Shown: positions 8,973 to 20,797, numbered from the stretch's first letter. The stretch: 50,194 nucleotides of DNA from Desulfurellaceae bacterium (GCA_015486965.1 WFQQ01000011.1:1-50194), one strand, 5' to 3'. The notes: a model not told the origin generated them from the letters alone. A program made the numbers and translations.

Positions 8973-11122
8973 AGCTCTCTTTGTACTTTTACTATTCTGT
9001 AAACCTCTATTACATCTCCCTCTTTTATGTCGTTAAATCCATCTATCCTGACCCCGCACTCATAACCCTGCTGAACCTCACTCACATCGTCTTTAAATCT
9101 CTTTAGGGATGCTATATTTCCTTCGTGAATTATCACCCCATCTCTTAAAACCCTAACCTTTGCGTTTCTTGCAATCTTTCCATAGGTTACATAACATCCT
9201 GCAACCACACCAACCTTTGGTACCTTGAATGTCTGTCTAACCTCGACCCTGCCCAGTACCTCCTCTTTTTCCTCTGGAGCAAGAAGTCCTGATAGTGATT
9301 TTTTGACATCATCCACTATGTCGTATATGACCTTGTATGTTCTAATATCCACTTTGAGGTCGTTTGCAAGCTTTAATGCCTCCTGTGTAGGCCTAACATT
9401 GAATCCTATTATTATAGCCCCACTGGCTTTTGCTAAGTTTACATCGGTTTTTGAAATAGCTCCTACGGCAGAGTGTATGACTTTAACCGTAACCTCATCC
9501 GTGGAAAGTTTCGAAAGTGCGTTTGATATTGCCTCTATTGAGCCGTACACATCGGCTTTAAGGATTATGGGTAGCTCTTTGAGTTCTCCACCTTCAATCT
9601 GCTCAAATATGTTTTCAAGGTTTATGGTTTTCTGGGTTAATACTGCCTGTTTTTGCTCTTCCTGTCTCTTCTGGGCTATCTCTTTTGCTTTTTTCTCATC
9701 GCTTACAACGATCAGGGTGTCTCCTGGCTCTGGGACACCGTGCAGTCCAAGAATCTCAGCTGCAAATGAAGGCTTAACCTCTTTAACCTTTCTTCCCCTG
9801 TCATCTATTAGGGCTCTTGCCTTACCGTATTGGACACCCACAATAAAGGAATCTCCCTGCTTAAGCGTTCCCTCTTTCACAACCACAGTAGCCACAGGAC
9901 CCCTGTTCTTATCAAGTCTTGCTTCCACAACAACGGCCTTGGCTCTTTTATTGGGATTGGCTTTCAATTCCATCATTTCGGCTTGAAGAAGAATAGCCTC
10001 CAATAGCTCATCTATACCTATTCTTTTCTTGGCACTTACATTAACAAAAAGGTTGTTTCCTCCCCACTCTTCAGGAACTATACCGTAGTTTGCAAGCTCC
10101 TGCTTAACCCTCTCTGGATTGGCGTTTGGTTTGTCTATTTTATTTATGGCTACAACTATAGGGACATTGGCAGCTTTCGAGTGGTTAATCGCCTCAACGG
10201 TTTGTGGCATAACCCCATCATCAGCAGCAACAACTAAAACAACTATATCTGTAATCTGGGCACCACGAGCCCTCATCTCTGTGAAAGCCTCATGCCCGGG
10301 TGTGTCAAGGAATGTGATGTATTTATCATCCACCTTTACGGTGTAGGCTGCTATGTGCTGGGTTATGCCTCCAGCCTCCCTTTCTGCTATGTTTGTGCTT
10401 TTGATGGCATCCAGTATTGATGTTTTTCCGTGGTCAACATGTCCCATTACGGTAACGATAGGAGGCCTTTCCACTAAATCTTCTGGTTTGTCCTCAATCT
10501 CTTGCAACGCCTCATCGATATACTCACTCTCTTTAGGCTCTTCCAATTCAAAACCGTACTCTTCAGCTATGATTTTTGCGGCATCTTCACCGATAATATC
10601 GTTTTTTCTTGCAAGAACCCCGAGCTCAAATAGTTTGGATAGAACCTCTGAGAAGTCAACTCCAAGCTCCTGTGCGAACTCAAACACAGTCATAGTTGGA
10701 TTGTACTTTATTGTTTTTGTCTCTTCTTCTGCTTCCGCTTCTCCTTTTGCTGCTTTTTTATATTTTTTTCTTTTTTTGAATTTTTTTGGGAGTGACTCTT
10801 CCAGAAACTCCTTTTTCTTAAACTTAGGTTTTTCAGCTTTTTTTGGTTTTTCTACCTTCTTTTGTTCCTCTTTCTTTTTTTTCTTTTCCTCCTCTTTTTT
10901 CTTTTCCCTAACCTCTTTTATTGCCTGTTTCTTGCTCTTGTTCCACTCATCTATGAATTTTAAAGCATCTTTCTCGTCAACTCCACTGAAGTTGCTCTTT
11001 ACAGCAATACCCATATCGTTTAGCTTTTTTATAACCACATTGCTTTTTGTGTTCAATTTTCTTGCTATCTCATAAACCCTAACCTTTTTTGGTTTATTTT
11101 TATCTTCCTTTTTCGATGTCAT
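8969..11122 (-). CDS. infB: translation initiation factor IF-2
   Basis: [49 protein letters not shown]; K/E-rich N-terminus. Confidence 0.98.
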   Translation of the reverse strand: MTSKKEDKNKPKKVRVYEIARKLNTKSNVVIKKLNDMGIAVKSNFSGVDEKDALKFIDEWNKSKKQAIKEVREKKKEEEKKKKKEEQKKVEKPKKAEKPKFKKKEFLEESLPKKFKKRKKYKKAAKGEAEAEEETKTIKYNPTMTVFEFAQELGVDFSEVLSKLFELGVLARKNDIIGEDAAKIIAEEYGFELEEPKESEYIDEALQEIEDKPEDLVERPPIVTVMGHVDHGKTSILDAIKSTNIAEREAGGITQHIAAYTVKVDDKYITFLDTPGHEAFTEMRARGAQITDIVVLVVAADDGVMPQTVEAINHSKAANVPIVVAINKIDKPNANPERVKQELANYGIVPEEWGGNNLFVNVSAKKRIGIDELLEAILLQAEMMELKANPNKRAKAVVVEARLDKNRGPVATVVVKEGTLKQGDSFIVGVQYGKARALIDDRGRKVKEVKPSFAAEILGLHGVPEPGDTLIVVSDEKKAKEIAQKRQEEQKQAVLTQKTINLENIFEQIEGGELKELPIILKADVYGSIEAISNALSKLSTDEVTVKVIHSAVGAISKTDVNLAKASGAIIIGFNVRPTQEALKLANDLKVDIRTYKVIYDIVDDVKKSLSGLLAPEEKEEVLGRVEVRQTFKVPKVGVVAGCYVTYGKIARNAKVRVLRDGVIIHEGNIASLKRFKDDVSEVQQGYECGVRIDGFNDIKEGDVIEVYRIVKVQREL

Positions 11123-12192
11123 TGATTACCTCCATTCTCGTCAGACTGCTCACCCTGCTGCTCTTCTTTTTCTGTAATTTTTAGAATATCTATGTTATAA
11201 CCTGTTAATTTTGCTGCAAGTTTTGCGTTTACTCCACCTTTACCTATCGCCATTGAGTATTCCTCTTCATCCACATAAACCTTGGCTTTCTTTAGGTCTT
11301 CGTCAATCTCCACAGAGATCACCTTGGCAGGAGACATGGCGTTTCTTATGTATATTGATGGGTCGGCACTCCATTTAATAACATCTATCTTTTCATCTCC
11401 GAGCTCTCTTACTATTGCAGCTATTCTTACCCCCTTCGAGCCGACGCATGTTCCTATTGGGTCAATTCGTGAGTCCTTTGAATACACCGCCACCTTGGTT
11501 CTCCTTGATGGTTCTCGAGCTACTGCCTTTATCTCAACAGCCCCTTCCCTGACCTCAGGCACCTCTTTTTTAAACAACTCTTTGACAAAGCCGGGATGCG
11601 TTCTCGATAAGATTAACCTAACATTTTTTGGATCTTCAACGACATCAAGGACATAGGCTCTAACAACCTCTCCAACTACATATTTATCGTTTATCCCCTG
11701 CTCTCTCTTTGGGAGTATACCTATTGCGTTTTTAAAGTCCACTATAACATTGTTGTTTGCCCCTATGCTCCAAACCTCTCCAGCAACAATCTCTCCTATT
11801 TTCTTTTTATACTCTTCATACGCCTTGTGTTTCTCCACATCCTTTAGTAGCTTTGTTATCACATTTTTTATCGTTGTTACTGCTATTCTACCCAGGCTTC
11901 GAGCGTCAACCTTCTCTTCAATGTAGTCTCCCTCTTTGACACCTCTTTTAATTTTCTTTGCTTCTGCTAAAGAGATCTCATTTTCCCTCATAGGGTTTTT
12001 TACAACTTTCTTTTTGATGTAAACATCAAATACATCGTTGTCTATATCTTTCTCAATTCTAACCTCTGCTTCATCACCATACTTTTTAGTGATAGCCGTT
12101 TTTAGCGCATCAGCAAGGTAATCAGCAACCGTTTGAAGGTCAATGCTGTGTTCTTCAGAAATCTTTTTTGCTATGGTCAATATCTCACTCAC
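11119..12192 (-). CDS. nusA: transcription termination/antitermination factor NusA (short form)
   Basis: LILSRTHP, AREPSRRTKVAV, CVGSKGVRI, AIGKGGVNAKLA; GTG start at 12192 behind RBS GAGGAGG. Confidence 0.95.
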   Translation of the reverse strand: MSEILTIAKKISEEHSIDLQTVADYLADALKTAITKKYGDEAEVRIEKDIDNDVFDVYIKKKVVKNPMRENEISLAEAKKIKRGVKEGDYIEEKVDARSLGRIAVTTIKNVITKLLKDVEKHKAYEEYKKKIGEIVAGEVWSIGANNNVIVDFKNAIGILPKREQGINDKYVVGEVVRAYVLDVVEDPKNVRLILSRTHPGFVKELFKKEVPEVREGAVEIKAVAREPSRRTKVAVYSKDSRIDPIGTCVGSKGVRIAAIVRELGDEKIDVIKWSADPSIYIRNAMSPAKVISVEIDEDLKKAKVYVDEEEYSMAIGKGGVNAKLAAKLTGYNIDILKITEKEEQQGEQSDENGGNQ

Positions 12193-12202
12193 TTTATCCT
12201 CC

Positions 12203-12625
12203 TCATATCTCGTCAACTCTGGCTTTTTTAATATTATCAAATTCAATTTTTATATTTCCTATAGAAATCCCATTTTCATCACACTCTGTTAAAATACCTT
12301 TAAAGACTTTTGTGTTTTCTATTGGGAAATGGGTGTGTACTATACACTTTTTGCCAATAGCTCTCTCAAAATGCTCTTTAGTTTTCAGTTTCCTGTTGAT
12401 GCCTGGGCTTGAAACCTCAAGTATATAGCTTGATGGAAATGGGTCTTTCACATCCAACAGTGCTGAGATGTTTTTGCTTACCAGCTCACAGTCATCTATT
12501 GTAACTCCCTGCTCTTTGTCTATATAGATTGTCAGCTTTCTCGTTTTTACTTCAATGTCGTATATGGTAAAACCTAACGACTCAACAATCACAAAAATAT
12601 CCTTTTTAACTTCTTCCTTCAACAT
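12203..12625 (-). CDS. rimP: ribosome maturation factor RimP
   Basis: GVTIDDCE, LDVKDP, YILEVSSPGINR; upstream of nusA. Confidence 0.93.
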   Translation of the reverse strand: MLKEEVKKDIFVIVESLGFTIYDIEVKTRKLTIYIDKEQGVTIDDCELVSKNISALLDVKDPFPSSYILEVSSPGINRKLKTKEHFERAIGKKCIVHTHFPIENTKVFKGILTECDENGISIGNIKIEFDNIKKARVDEI

Positions 12626-12664
12626 CTTACAATCACCTTTTATTTACTTCAGGGAAAATTCCGT

Positions 12665-13504
12665 TTACTTTCTAAATTTTACGGATTGCAGGGTGTTGTA
12701 AAGCAACATTGCTATTGTCATGGGTCCCACACCACCAGGAACGGGTGTTATATAGGATGCCTTTTTAGAAACACCTTCAAAATCCACATCTCCGACGACC
12801 CTATCCTTTACCCTGCTAATCCCTACATCAACAACAACAGCACCCTCCTTTACCATATCTTCCGTAATTAGATTGGGCTTACCAACTGCACTGATTACAA
12901 TATCTGCCCTCTTTGTTTTTTCTTTCAGGTTTTGGGTATAGATGTGGCATATCTGAACCGTAGCTCCACTGTTAGTTAGCATCAGTGCCATGGGTTTTCC
13001 CGTTATATTTCCAGCACCAACAACCACAACATCCCTACCCTTTACATCAATGGAGTATTCGTTCAAAAGTTTCATAATGCCGTAAGGTGTACACGAGATG
13101 AACAATGGATTTCCTCTGGCGAGCCGTCCCATGTTGTACGGATGAAAGCCATCCACATCCTTTCTATAATCAATGGTTTCTATTATCTTTTCTTCATTTA
13201 GGTGCTTGGGAAGTGGAAGCTGAACCAGGATTCCATCAACCATCGGGTTGTCGTTTAGCATTTTTATTACTTCAATTAGCTCTCTTTCGCTTATTTCACT
13301 CGGCATCCTGTGGTTGATTGAGTAGATTCCAACCTCTTCACAAGCTTTGGTTTTCATGTTTACATAGACCTGACTGGCTGGGTTATCTCCCACAAGTATA
13401 AATGCGAGCCCTGGTATTATACTCTCTTTTTTTAGGCTATCAACCTCCTTTTTTATGGAAGCCCTTATCTTTTTTGCCAATGCTTTTCCATCCAGTATAG
13501 CCAT
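12665..13504 (-). CDS. folD: methylenetetrahydrofolate dehydrogenase/cyclohydrolase
   Basis: ASQVYV, GILVQLPLP, KDVDGFHP, CTPYG, TPVPGGVGPMT. Confidence 0.97.
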   Translation of the reverse strand: MAILDGKALAKKIRASIKKEVDSLKKESIIPGLAFILVGDNPASQVYVNMKTKACEEVGIYSINHRMPSEISERELIEVIKMLNDNPMVDGILVQLPLPKHLNEEKIIETIDYRKDVDGFHPYNMGRLARGNPLFISCTPYGIMKLLNEYSIDVKGRDVVVVGAGNITGKPMALMLTNSGATVQICHIYTQNLKEKTKRADIVISAVGKPNLITEDMVKEGAVVVDVGISRVKDRVVGDVDFEGVSKKASYITPVPGGVGPMTIAMLLYNTLQSVKFRK

Positions 13505-14391
13505 CAGCCAACCTTCTCAATTCTTGTAACAATTGAACCGTTCTTGAATATTGTTACATCTCCAGTGGATTCCGATACCACAATGGCTATAGCTTTGGTA
13601 ACGGCAGTGATTGAAGCTGCTGCAATATGGCGTGCGCCAAGGCCTTTGGGTAGGTCTTCTATGTTTGTAGAAACAGATATATAGGCACCAGCTGTCTCTA
13701 TAACACCGTTGCAGTCTATGACTATTGCACCGTCAAGAAGGCTATACTCTTTGAGTGTGTCGTCAAGATTGGCTTTCAATATGTTTCTCTCATCAGGGTC
13801 GTATCCTTTAAAGGGGTTAAAGATCATCTGTTTGATGTTCTCCATGACATGCTCTTTGTCCCCCAAAATAAATATCGTTCCCACACTTTTTCCTTCCCTA
13901 CCCTGATTGGCAAGTTCAAGTGCTATTCTTAATACCTTTTCGAACACCTCTGGCTTTACGGATTTCTCCAAGTCTATATCTCCTTTGAAGCTTAAAAGCT
14001 CTTTTTCTTTGGAAATATCGAGAAAGATAAGTGTGTCAACCTGATTACCAGAACCGCTCAAAGCCAAAACATCATCCTCTTTTGATAAGATTCCCGAAGA
14101 TGTACAGATCATTAGAGCTATTTTTACCTTGTTTATCCTGTCATATTTTACATTGGGTACCCTTACTATCTCCCCTATTTTCTTTAACTCATCTATAACA
14201 TCGCTGTTCTCTTCGTATTCGTTCTCTTTCATCACTATGATTTTTTTCACCCCGTTGTTCTTAAATAGCTCCTGATCCCCGATAAAGGACTCTACATCGC
14301 TGTAGTATGCCAACACGGTCACACTCTCTTGAGACCTTGCAATCTCCAACGCTTTTGCCAGGATTAGTTTACTTGCTTCCAGTGTTATCAT
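13504..14391 (-). CDS. diadenylate cyclase, DacZ/CdaZ-type (DAC domain with N-terminal extension, no TM helices)
   Basis: GREGKSVGTIF, NPFKG, LDGA and GLGARHIAA DAC motifs, VVSESTG.V.IFKNG. Confidence 0.85.
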   Translation of the reverse strand: MITLEASKLILAKALEIARSQESVTVLAYYSDVESFIGDQELFKNNGVKKIIVMKENEYEENSDVIDELKKIGEIVRVPNVKYDRINKVKIALMICTSSGILSKEDDVLALSGSGNQVDTLIFLDISKEKELLSFKGDIDLEKSVKPEVFEKVLRIALELANQGREGKSVGTIFILGDKEHVMENIKQMIFNPFKGYDPDERNILKANLDDTLKEYSLLDGAIVIDCNGVIETAGAYISVSTNIEDLPKGLGARHIAAASITAVTKAIAIVVSESTGDVTIFKNGSIVTRIEKVG

Positions 14392-14539
14392 GTTTCTCTT
14401 TGTCCTCTTCCCTTTCTTTTAGTGTTAAATCAAAGGTAAAGTCTGGGCAGTGAAGGGCAAAAGAGCCTCCCTGCATAAACCTCTTTTTACAGGTTGCCCT
14501 CCACGCACACACACTGCATGTAATTCTTTTATCTTCCAT
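14369..14539 (-). CDS. small Cys-rich hypothetical protein (56 aa, not in ORF track)
   Basis: [56 protein letters not shown]; start overlaps the leuA stop (TAATG), end overlaps the DAC gene start. Confidence 0.75.
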   Translation of the reverse strand: MEDKRITCSVCAWRATCKKRFMQGGSFALHCPDFTFDLTLKEREEDKEKHDNTGSK

Positions 14540-16062
14540 TACTTTTGCATCTTCATTAGTGCTTTGTTTATGGCATCCAAGTATGCCTTTGCGCTTGCCT
14601 CTATTATGTCTGTCGATGTTCCCCTTCCTATCAATGTATCGTCTATCTCTGGGAAGTAAACCTTTACTATAACCTCTCCAATTGCATCTTTACCCTCTGT
14701 TAGTGCCTGTATGTCGTAGCTTTTCAGTTTTCCTTTAACATAGGTAATTCTCTCAAGGGCTTTGAATACTGCATCTACAGGTCCATCTCCCAATGCGGCA
14801 TCTTCGAATTCTTCGCCATCCTTGACCAGTTTTATTGTGGCTGTTGGGCTTGTGGAGTTGCCTGAAACGACCTGCAGTGAAACTAACTCGTAAACCTTTG
14901 GTGTGAGTTTGTATTTGTCTTCCACGATAGCCCTTAAATCCTCGTCATAGACCTCTTTCTTTTTGTCTGCAAGCTTTTTGAACTCCTCAAATATCTCGTT
15001 AATTTCTTCCCTTGTAAGCTCGTATCCAAGCTCCTTGAGTCTCACTTCAAGCCCATGTCTTCCAGAGTGTTTTCCTAACACAAGTTTGCTTGTCTCTATA
15101 CCAACATCCTCTGGTTTCATTATTTCGTATGTGCTCTTTTCTTTGATTAAACCGTCCTGGTGGATTCCAGCCTCATGTGCAAAAGCGTTCTTTCCAACTA
15201 TAGCTTTGTTTCTCTGGACTTTTAGTCCAGTGAGTTTGCTGACCATTCTGCTTGTTCTGTATATCTCTTTTGTGTTTATGTCTGTATAGCATCCTTTGTA
15301 AAAGTCAGCGCGTACTTTCAAAGCCATAACTATCTCTTCCATGGCGGCGTTGCCCGCCCTTTCGCCAATTCCATTGATGGTGCATTCTACCTGTGTTGCA
15401 CCTGCCAAAACGGCACTCAAGGAGTTTGCTGTAGCCATCCCTAAGTCGTTGTGGCAGTGAACACTCAAAACAGCTTTATCGATATTTGGAATCTTATTCA
15501 TCAGGTACTTAATTAGCTCGTAATACTCCTGAGGTGTGGTGTAGCCCACCGTATCTGGAACATTTATGGTTGTGGCTCCCGCATCGATGGTTTTTTCAAA
15601 TATTTCACACAGGTAATCCCAGTCGCTCCTTGTTGCATCCTCTGCTGAAAACTCAACATCGTCTGAGAAGTTCCTTGCATACTTTACAGCGTCCACAGCA
15701 GCCTCAACCACCCTTTCGTAAGTCATGCCGAGCTTCTTTTCAACATGTATGGGGCTTGTTGCTATAAATGTATGTATCCTTTTCCTTTTGGCATCTTTTA
15801 ATGCCTCTGCTGCTGCATCTATGTCCTTTTTAACAGCCCTTGCAAGTGAGGCAACAATTGGCTTCTCCACCTCTTTGGAAACCTCTTTTATTGCCTCTAA
15901 ATCACCAGGGCTTGCGGCTGCAAAACCTGCCTCTATTACATCTACACCCAATTTCTCAAGCTGTTTTGCTATAGCAACCTTTTCGTGAATGTGCATACTT
16001 GCCCCTGGCGATTGCTCTCCATCCCTCAGCGTTGTGTCAAATATTATGATTTTTCTGCTCAT
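14539..16062 (-). CDS. leuA: 2-isopropylmalate synthase
   Basis: [39 protein letters not shown]-terminal GDGPVDA regulatory domain. Confidence 0.97.
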   Translation of the reverse strand: MSRKIIIFDTTLRDGEQSPGASMHIHEKVAIAKQLEKLGVDVIEAGFAAASPGDLEAIKEVSKEVEKPIVASLARAVKKDIDAAAEALKDAKRKRIHTFIATSPIHVEKKLGMTYERVVEAAVDAVKYARNFSDDVEFSAEDATRSDWDYLCEIFEKTIDAGATTINVPDTVGYTTPQEYYELIKYLMNKIPNIDKAVLSVHCHNDLGMATANSLSAVLAGATQVECTINGIGERAGNAAMEEIVMALKVRADFYKGCYTDINTKEIYRTSRMVSKLTGLKVQRNKAIVGKNAFAHEAGIHQDGLIKEKSTYEIMKPEDVGIETSKLVLGKHSGRHGLEVRLKELGYELTREEINEIFEEFKKLADKKKEVYDEDLRAIVEDKYKLTPKVYELVSLQVVSGNSTSPTATIKLVKDGEEFEDAALGDGPVDAVFKALERITYVKGKLKSYDIQALTEGKDAIGEVIVKVYFPEIDDTLIGRGTSTDIIEASAKAYLDAINKALMKMQK

Positions 16063-16777
16063 AGGATACCCCCCTGTTTTCTCTTTTTAAAAGTTTAATT
16101 GTGTACTCTATCGGTCCTGAAAGCATGTAGATAAATGCTATAGCAGGAATAAAAATATAAGGCTTAAATACGATTAAGGATAAAACCAAAATAATCAGTG
16201 CAAATATTCGAATTGATATTGTTTTATTTGTGCTGACCTTTTTAAAGCTTCTGTACTTTATGGGGCTAATCATCAGGAACGCTAAGATATACATTGTTAT
16301 TAAAAACAAAATATCGAATTTGTGAGAATTTAGCCCATATTTGTTAAATAGCAAAATGACAGAGGCGACCACGCTCGCACCGCCCGGTATGGGCAGTCCA
16401 ATAAAATTTTCTTTCTGGGTTGTCTGGACATTGAACCTTGCGAGCCTCAATGCCCCGCTTATCAAAAATAGAAAGGATGCTATTATTCCAAGCCTGCCAA
16501 AGTCCTTTAGTACATAGGAGTATACAAGAAATGCTGGGGCAACACCGAAACTAACAAGGTCGCTCAGTGAGTCATATTCAACGCCGAACTGACTCTCCGT
16601 GTGTGTAAGTCTCGCTATTTTTCCATCGAGGTTATCGAATAGGACGGCAAGGATAATGACCCAGGCAGAGTATAACCACTTTCCTGCATCCGCAAGCAGG
16701 ATACTATAAAAGCCAGCAGCAAGATTTATAGTGGTAAATAGATTTGGCAAAATATAGACAGCCTTTTTCCCCTTCAT
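16037..16777 (-). CDS. pssA: CDP-diacylglycerol--serine O-phosphatidyltransferase
   Basis: [42 protein letters not shown]. Confidence 0.94.
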   Translation of the reverse strand: MKGKKAVYILPNLFTTINLAAGFYSILLADAGKWLYSAWVIILAVLFDNLDGKIARLTHTESQFGVEYDSLSDLVSFGVAPAFLVYSYVLKDFGRLGIIASFLFLISGALRLARFNVQTTQKENFIGLPIPGGASVVASVILLFNKYGLNSHKFDILFLITMYILAFLMISPIKYRSFKKVSTNKTISIRIFALIILVLSLIVFKPYIFIPAIAFIYMLSGPIEYTIKLLKRENRGVSYEQKNHNI

Positions 16778-17427
16778 CTCATAAACCCTAAAATTGTTTC
16801 TCCAGCTCTAACCCTCTCTTTAAGTTTTACTGCTTCTTCGAAATCCCCTTCCACATATATATCAACCCTTGAGCCGAACCTTATTAAACCTAAAATCTGA
16901 CCCCGTTTCAAGCTGTCTCCAACTTGTGGGTAAGTCTCAATTCTTCTTGCCACAAGGCCTGCAATCTGTACCATTACGATATTTCTACCATCTTCGGTTC
17001 TTATTTTAATTGCACACTGTTCATTTTCAAGAGATGCTTTATCCTTGTTGGCTGAGATGAATTTACCTTTATTGTAAACTATACCCTCAACAACTCCATC
17101 AACAGGGCTTCTGTTAACATGCACATCAAAAAGGGACATAAATACACTAACCCTCTTTGTGTACTTTTTTAAAAAAAACCTCTCGTAGGCCTCGCCTGAG
17201 AAGACCACAACGCCATCGGCTCCGCTGACCACACTGTTTTTAAGCTGAGGAGCAGTTCTTTTTGGATTTCTAAAGAAATACATGCTGAAAAGTGAGAACC
17301 CAAAAGGGATATAGGAAACCCTCCTAAAGCCTAAAAGTCTTAAAAAGAAAGCTGCCCCTAATCCAGCTGCTATAAATGGATAGCCCTCTTTGGCTATAAT
17401 GTTCCCTTCGTCAGTTTTTAGATTCAT
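16774..17427 (-). CDS. psd: phosphatidylserine decarboxylase proenzyme
   Basis: [37 protein letters not shown] self-cleavage motif; start uncertain (17427 or 17448). Confidence 0.92.
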   Translation of the reverse strand: MNLKTDEGNIIAKEGYPFIAAGLGAAFFLRLLGFRRVSYIPFGFSLFSMYFFRNPKRTAPQLKNSVVSGADGVVVFSGEAYERFFLKKYTKRVSVFMSLFDVHVNRSPVDGVVEGIVYNKGKFISANKDKASLENEQCAIKIRTEDGRNIVMVQIAGLVARRIETYPQVGDSLKRGQILGLIRFGSRVDIYVEGDFEEAVKLKERVRAGETILGFMR

Positions 17428-18433
17428 CAATTGCCTTGTTCTCCTCAATCCATGGCATCATCTTTCTCAATCTCTCTCCAATCTTTTCGATTGGATGGTC
17501 TTTATCTTTCTTTAGGAGAGCGTTAAACACAGCTCTTCCGCTCTTGTTTTCAAGCACCCACTCCCTTGCAAAGCTTCCGCTCTGAATTTCATCCAGTATT
17601 TCTTTCATTCTCTGTTTTACAGAGCTATCAATAACCCTCGGACCCCGTGTAACATCTCCATACTTTGCAGTGTTGGATATAGAGTATCTCATGCCCTGTA
17701 TGCCACTTTCATACATTAAGTCAACTATTAATTTAAGCTCATGGAATGTTTCAAAGTAAGCCATCTCCTCTGGATAACCAGCTTCCACCAGTGTTTCAAA
17801 TCCAGCTTTTACAAGTGAGGTTATCCCGCCACACAGAACAGTCTGCTCGCCAAACAGGTCGGTCTCTGTCTCATCTTTAAATGTTGTTTCTATAACGCCA
17901 GCCCTCGCTCCTCCAATTGCTGCAGCATAGCTCAGGGCAAGCTCTTTGGTGTTGCCTGAGTAGTCCTGGTGAACAGCAATAAGCATGGGAACACCCCTGC
18001 CCTTCTCGTACTCCCTTCTAACAAGATGTCCGGGACCTTTTGGTGCTACCATCATCACATTGATTGTTGGCTTGGGAATAATCTGTCCAAAGTGGATATT
18101 AAATCCATGCCCGAAACCTATAGTATCACCATCTTTTAAAACCGGTTCTATAGACTCTCTATATATTTCTGGATGGGTTTCATCGGGAGCCAAAATCATT
18201 ATAACATCTGCCCACTCAGCCGCCTCTTTAGTCTCCATAACTGTAAGGCCAGCTTTTTCTGCTTTTTCCCACGATTTCGAACCTTTCCTCAATCCCACAA
18301 CAACTTCACATCCTGAGTCTTTTAAGTTGTTTGAGTGGGCATACCCTTGAGAGCCATACCCAATGACAGCTATCTTTTTCGATTTTATCAGCGAAAGGTC
18401 TGCATCCTTCTCATAATAGACATTTAAAGCCAT
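17411..18433 (-). CDS. ilvC: ketol-acid reductoisomerase
   Basis: [39 protein letters not shown]. Confidence 0.97.
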   Translation of the reverse strand: MALNVYYEKDADLSLIKSKKIAVIGYGSQGYAHSNNLKDSGCEVVVGLRKGSKSWEKAEKAGLTVMETKEAAEWADVIMILAPDETHPEIYRESIEPVLKDGDTIGFGHGFNIHFGQIIPKPTINVMMVAPKGPGHLVRREYEKGRGVPMLIAVHQDYSGNTKELALSYAAAIGGARAGVIETTFKDETETDLFGEQTVLCGGITSLVKAGFETLVEAGYPEEMAYFETFHELKLIVDLMYESGIQGMRYSISNTAKYGDVTRGPRVIDSSVKQRMKEILDEIQSGSFAREWVLENKSGRAVFNALLKKDKDHPIEKIGERLRKMMPWIEENKAIDESKN

Positions 18434-18444
18434 ATCTATACCTC

Positions 18445-18933
18445 CTACCTTTTTTTCTCTCTAATCATAGCTACTTTTCCCGTTCTTGCAAGCTCTTTGA
18501 TACCCAGAGGCTCAAGGAGGCTGAGAATAGCATCTATTTTTGTTGAATCTCCCGTTACCTCTATTGTGTATGAATCGTGGGAGACATCAACAACCTTTCC
18601 TCTGAATATATCGACTATCCTCAACACCTCAGCCCTGCTGTTCATATCTGTATGCATCTTAATTAGAGCCATCTCCCTTTCCACAAATGGCTCCTCTCCA
18701 AATTGTATGACCTTTATCACATCGATGAGCTTATTCAGTTGCTTTCCTATCTGCTCAAGCACCTGTTCATTGCCCTCTGTTACTATTGTCATCCTTGATA
18801 AGCCTTCCTCGTTGATTGGTGCCACACTCAAAGACTCTATGTTATACCCCCTTGCTGAGAACAGGTTTGCTATCCTTGATAAAACACCAGATTGATTCTC
18901 CACTATAACTGAGTAAATTCTTTTCATACCCAT
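18445..18933 (-). CDS. ilvN: acetolactate synthase small subunit
   Basis: [37 protein letters not shown]. Confidence 0.95.
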   Translation of the reverse strand: MGMKRIYSVIVENQSGVLSRIANLFSARGYNIESLSVAPINEEGLSRMTIVTEGNEQVLEQIGKQLNKLIDVIKVIQFGEEPFVEREMALIKMHTDMNSRAEVLRIVDIFRGKVVDVSHDSYTIEVTGDSTKIDAILSLLEPLGIKELARTGKVAMIREKKR

Positions 18934-18940
18934 CTCCTTT

Positions 18941-20635
18941 CTAAGTTAGAAGCATATCGTTTAATCTTGCTCCCGCAGGAACCATTGGATAGACATTCTC
19001 TTCTCTTGATATTACTGCATCAAGCAGGTAGGGTCCTTTGTATGCCACAAGCTCTTTTAAAGCATCTTCCACTTCCTCTTTTTTTCTAATCCTTCTTGCT
19101 TTGATGCCATAGCTCTCTGCAAGTTTAACAAAGTCGGGCTGAACCTCTATGTTTGTAAATGCGTATCTCCTACCATAAAACAGCTGCTGCCACTGTCTAA
19201 CCATGCCCAGATAACCGTTGTTCAGGATGATTACCTTAACAGGTTTGTTATAAGCAACAATTGTTGCAAGCTCTTGCTCGTTCATCTGGAAGCTGCCGTC
19301 ACCTGCAATTACATACACCTGTTTGTCCTCAACGCCAAATTTTGCACCTATACCTGCAGGAAATCCATAACCCATTGTTCCGAGACCGCCCGAAGTTAGG
19401 AGTCTTCTTGGCTTTCTAAAAGTGTAGAACTGTGCCACCCACATCTGGTGCTGTCCAACTTCGGTGGAAATAATGGGGTCTTCTTCTTTTGTAAGTTCAC
19501 CAAGTTTCTCTATTACATACTGCGGTTTTATCTCGTCGGTTTCCACATCGTATGCAAGCTTATATTCGTTTTTCCATTTGTTAATCTGGTCGAGCCACGG
19601 TTTTCTAACCTCTTTCCAGTTCACAGAGGAGTATTCATCGAACAGTGGCAACATATCCTTCAGCACAAGTTTTGCATCTCCAACAAGTGGATAGTCCACT
19701 TTAATATTTTTACTGATGCTCGTTGGGTCTATGTCAATGTGAACAACTTTAGCATAAGGAGCAAACTCAGAGACCTTACCTGTAACCCTGTCATCAAATC
19801 TCGCACCGATGGATATTAAAAGGTCGCAATATTGAATAGCCATGTTAGCCCTGTAGGTACCGTGCATTCCAGCCATACCCAGGCTCAATTCATCATCCTC
19901 AGGAAACGCCCCTATGCCCATAAGTGTTGTAAACACGGGGATTTGCAGTTTCTTTGCCAGTTTATAAATCTCTTCATGGGCACCAGAAATAATGGCACCT
20001 CCACCCACATAGAGAAGAGGCTTCTTTGCGCTTGCTATTGCCTTTGCAACCTTCTTAATCTGCCTTGGATTACCATGGTAGGTTGGGTTGTATCCCCTTA
20101 TGTGGATGCTTTCTGGGTATTTAAACTCTGCTTTTGCAACCTGAACATCCTTTGGAAAGTCTATTAAAACCGGTCCTGGTCTTCCCGTGGTAGCAATATA
20201 GAAAGCCTTTTTAATTATGTAAGCAAGGTCTTTTACATCTTTCACAAGAAAGTTATATTTTGTGCACGGTCTTGACATGCCAACTATGTCAGCCTCTTGA
20301 AACGCATCGTTCCCTATTAATGCTGTTGGAACCTGACCTGTAAAGACTATAACAGGAATTGAATCCATATAGGCTGTTGCAAGACCGGTTAGTGTGTTTG
20401 TTGCACCGGGACCACTCGTCACGAGTGCCACACCGGGTTTACCTGTTGCCCTTGCATACCCATCAGCCATGTGAACAGCCGCCTGCTCATGTCGCGTGAG
20501 TATGAACTCAATGTCGTTTTGTTGATACAGGGCGTCGTGAAGGTCTATAATAGCCCCCCCAGGAATACCAAAAAGGTGCTTCACACCCTCTTTTTTGAGA
20601 CTTTCTATAAAAATCTCAGCTCCTTTAAGCTTCAT
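18941..20635 (-). CDS. ilvB: acetolactate synthase large subunit
   Basis: [48 protein letters not shown] motif. Confidence 0.97.
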   Translation of the reverse strand: MKLKGAEIFIESLKKEGVKHLFGIPGGAIIDLHDALYQQNDIEFILTRHEQAAVHMADGYARATGKPGVALVTSGPGATNTLTGLATAYMDSIPVIVFTGQVPTALIGNDAFQEADIVGMSRPCTKYNFLVKDVKDLAYIIKKAFYIATTGRPGPVLIDFPKDVQVAKAEFKYPESIHIRGYNPTYHGNPRQIKKVAKAIASAKKPLLYVGGGAIISGAHEEIYKLAKKLQIPVFTTLMGIGAFPEDDELSLGMAGMHGTYRANMAIQYCDLLISIGARFDDRVTGKVSEFAPYAKVVHIDIDPTSISKNIKVDYPLVGDAKLVLKDMLPLFDEYSSVNWKEVRKPWLDQINKWKNEYKLAYDVETDEIKPQYVIEKLGELTKEEDPIISTEVGQHQMWVAQFYTFRKPRRLLTSGGLGTMGYGFPAGIGAKFGVEDKQVYVIAGDGSFQMNEQELATIVAYNKPVKVIILNNGYLGMVRQWQQLFYGRRYAFTNIEVQPDFVKLAESYGIKARRIRKKEEVEDALKELVAYKGPYLLDAVISREENVYPMVPAGARLNDMLLT

Positions 20636-20701
20636 CGTTCCTCCTTAACAAAGTGGGTTATAAGTTGTTCTTGAAAAAACTCCCCCTAAATTTGAGACAC
20701 C

Positions 20702-20729
20702 ATTATATAGAAAAAAGTGCTCAGTTCAA
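20702..20729 (-). promoter_or_regulatory. candidate sigma70 promoter of ilvB
   Basis: Minus strand TTGAAC-N16-TATAAT upstream of RBS AAGGAGG. Confidence 0.45.
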
Positions 20730-20797
20730 GAAAAAAAATTGCTTTTTTTGTTTTTATTTGTGATAATCAAGCATTACTTTTTTTTGGAGGATTTTTG

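Noticed and set aside
10740-10930. Poly-T/TC-rich low-complexity tract
   Set aside because: Encodes the Lys/Glu-rich IF-2 linker in an intact frame; not a repeat element
9225-11075. Long plus-strand ORFs of 253 and 240 aa
   Set aside because: Antisense shadows of infB
14450-14659. 69-aa plus-strand ORF in the leuA-DAC gap
   Set aside because: The minus-strand 56-aa Cys4 ORF fits the operon direction and overlaps better
20636-20700. Possible ilv attenuator or T-box leader
   Set aside because: Too short; no leader peptide, T-box motif or terminator visible
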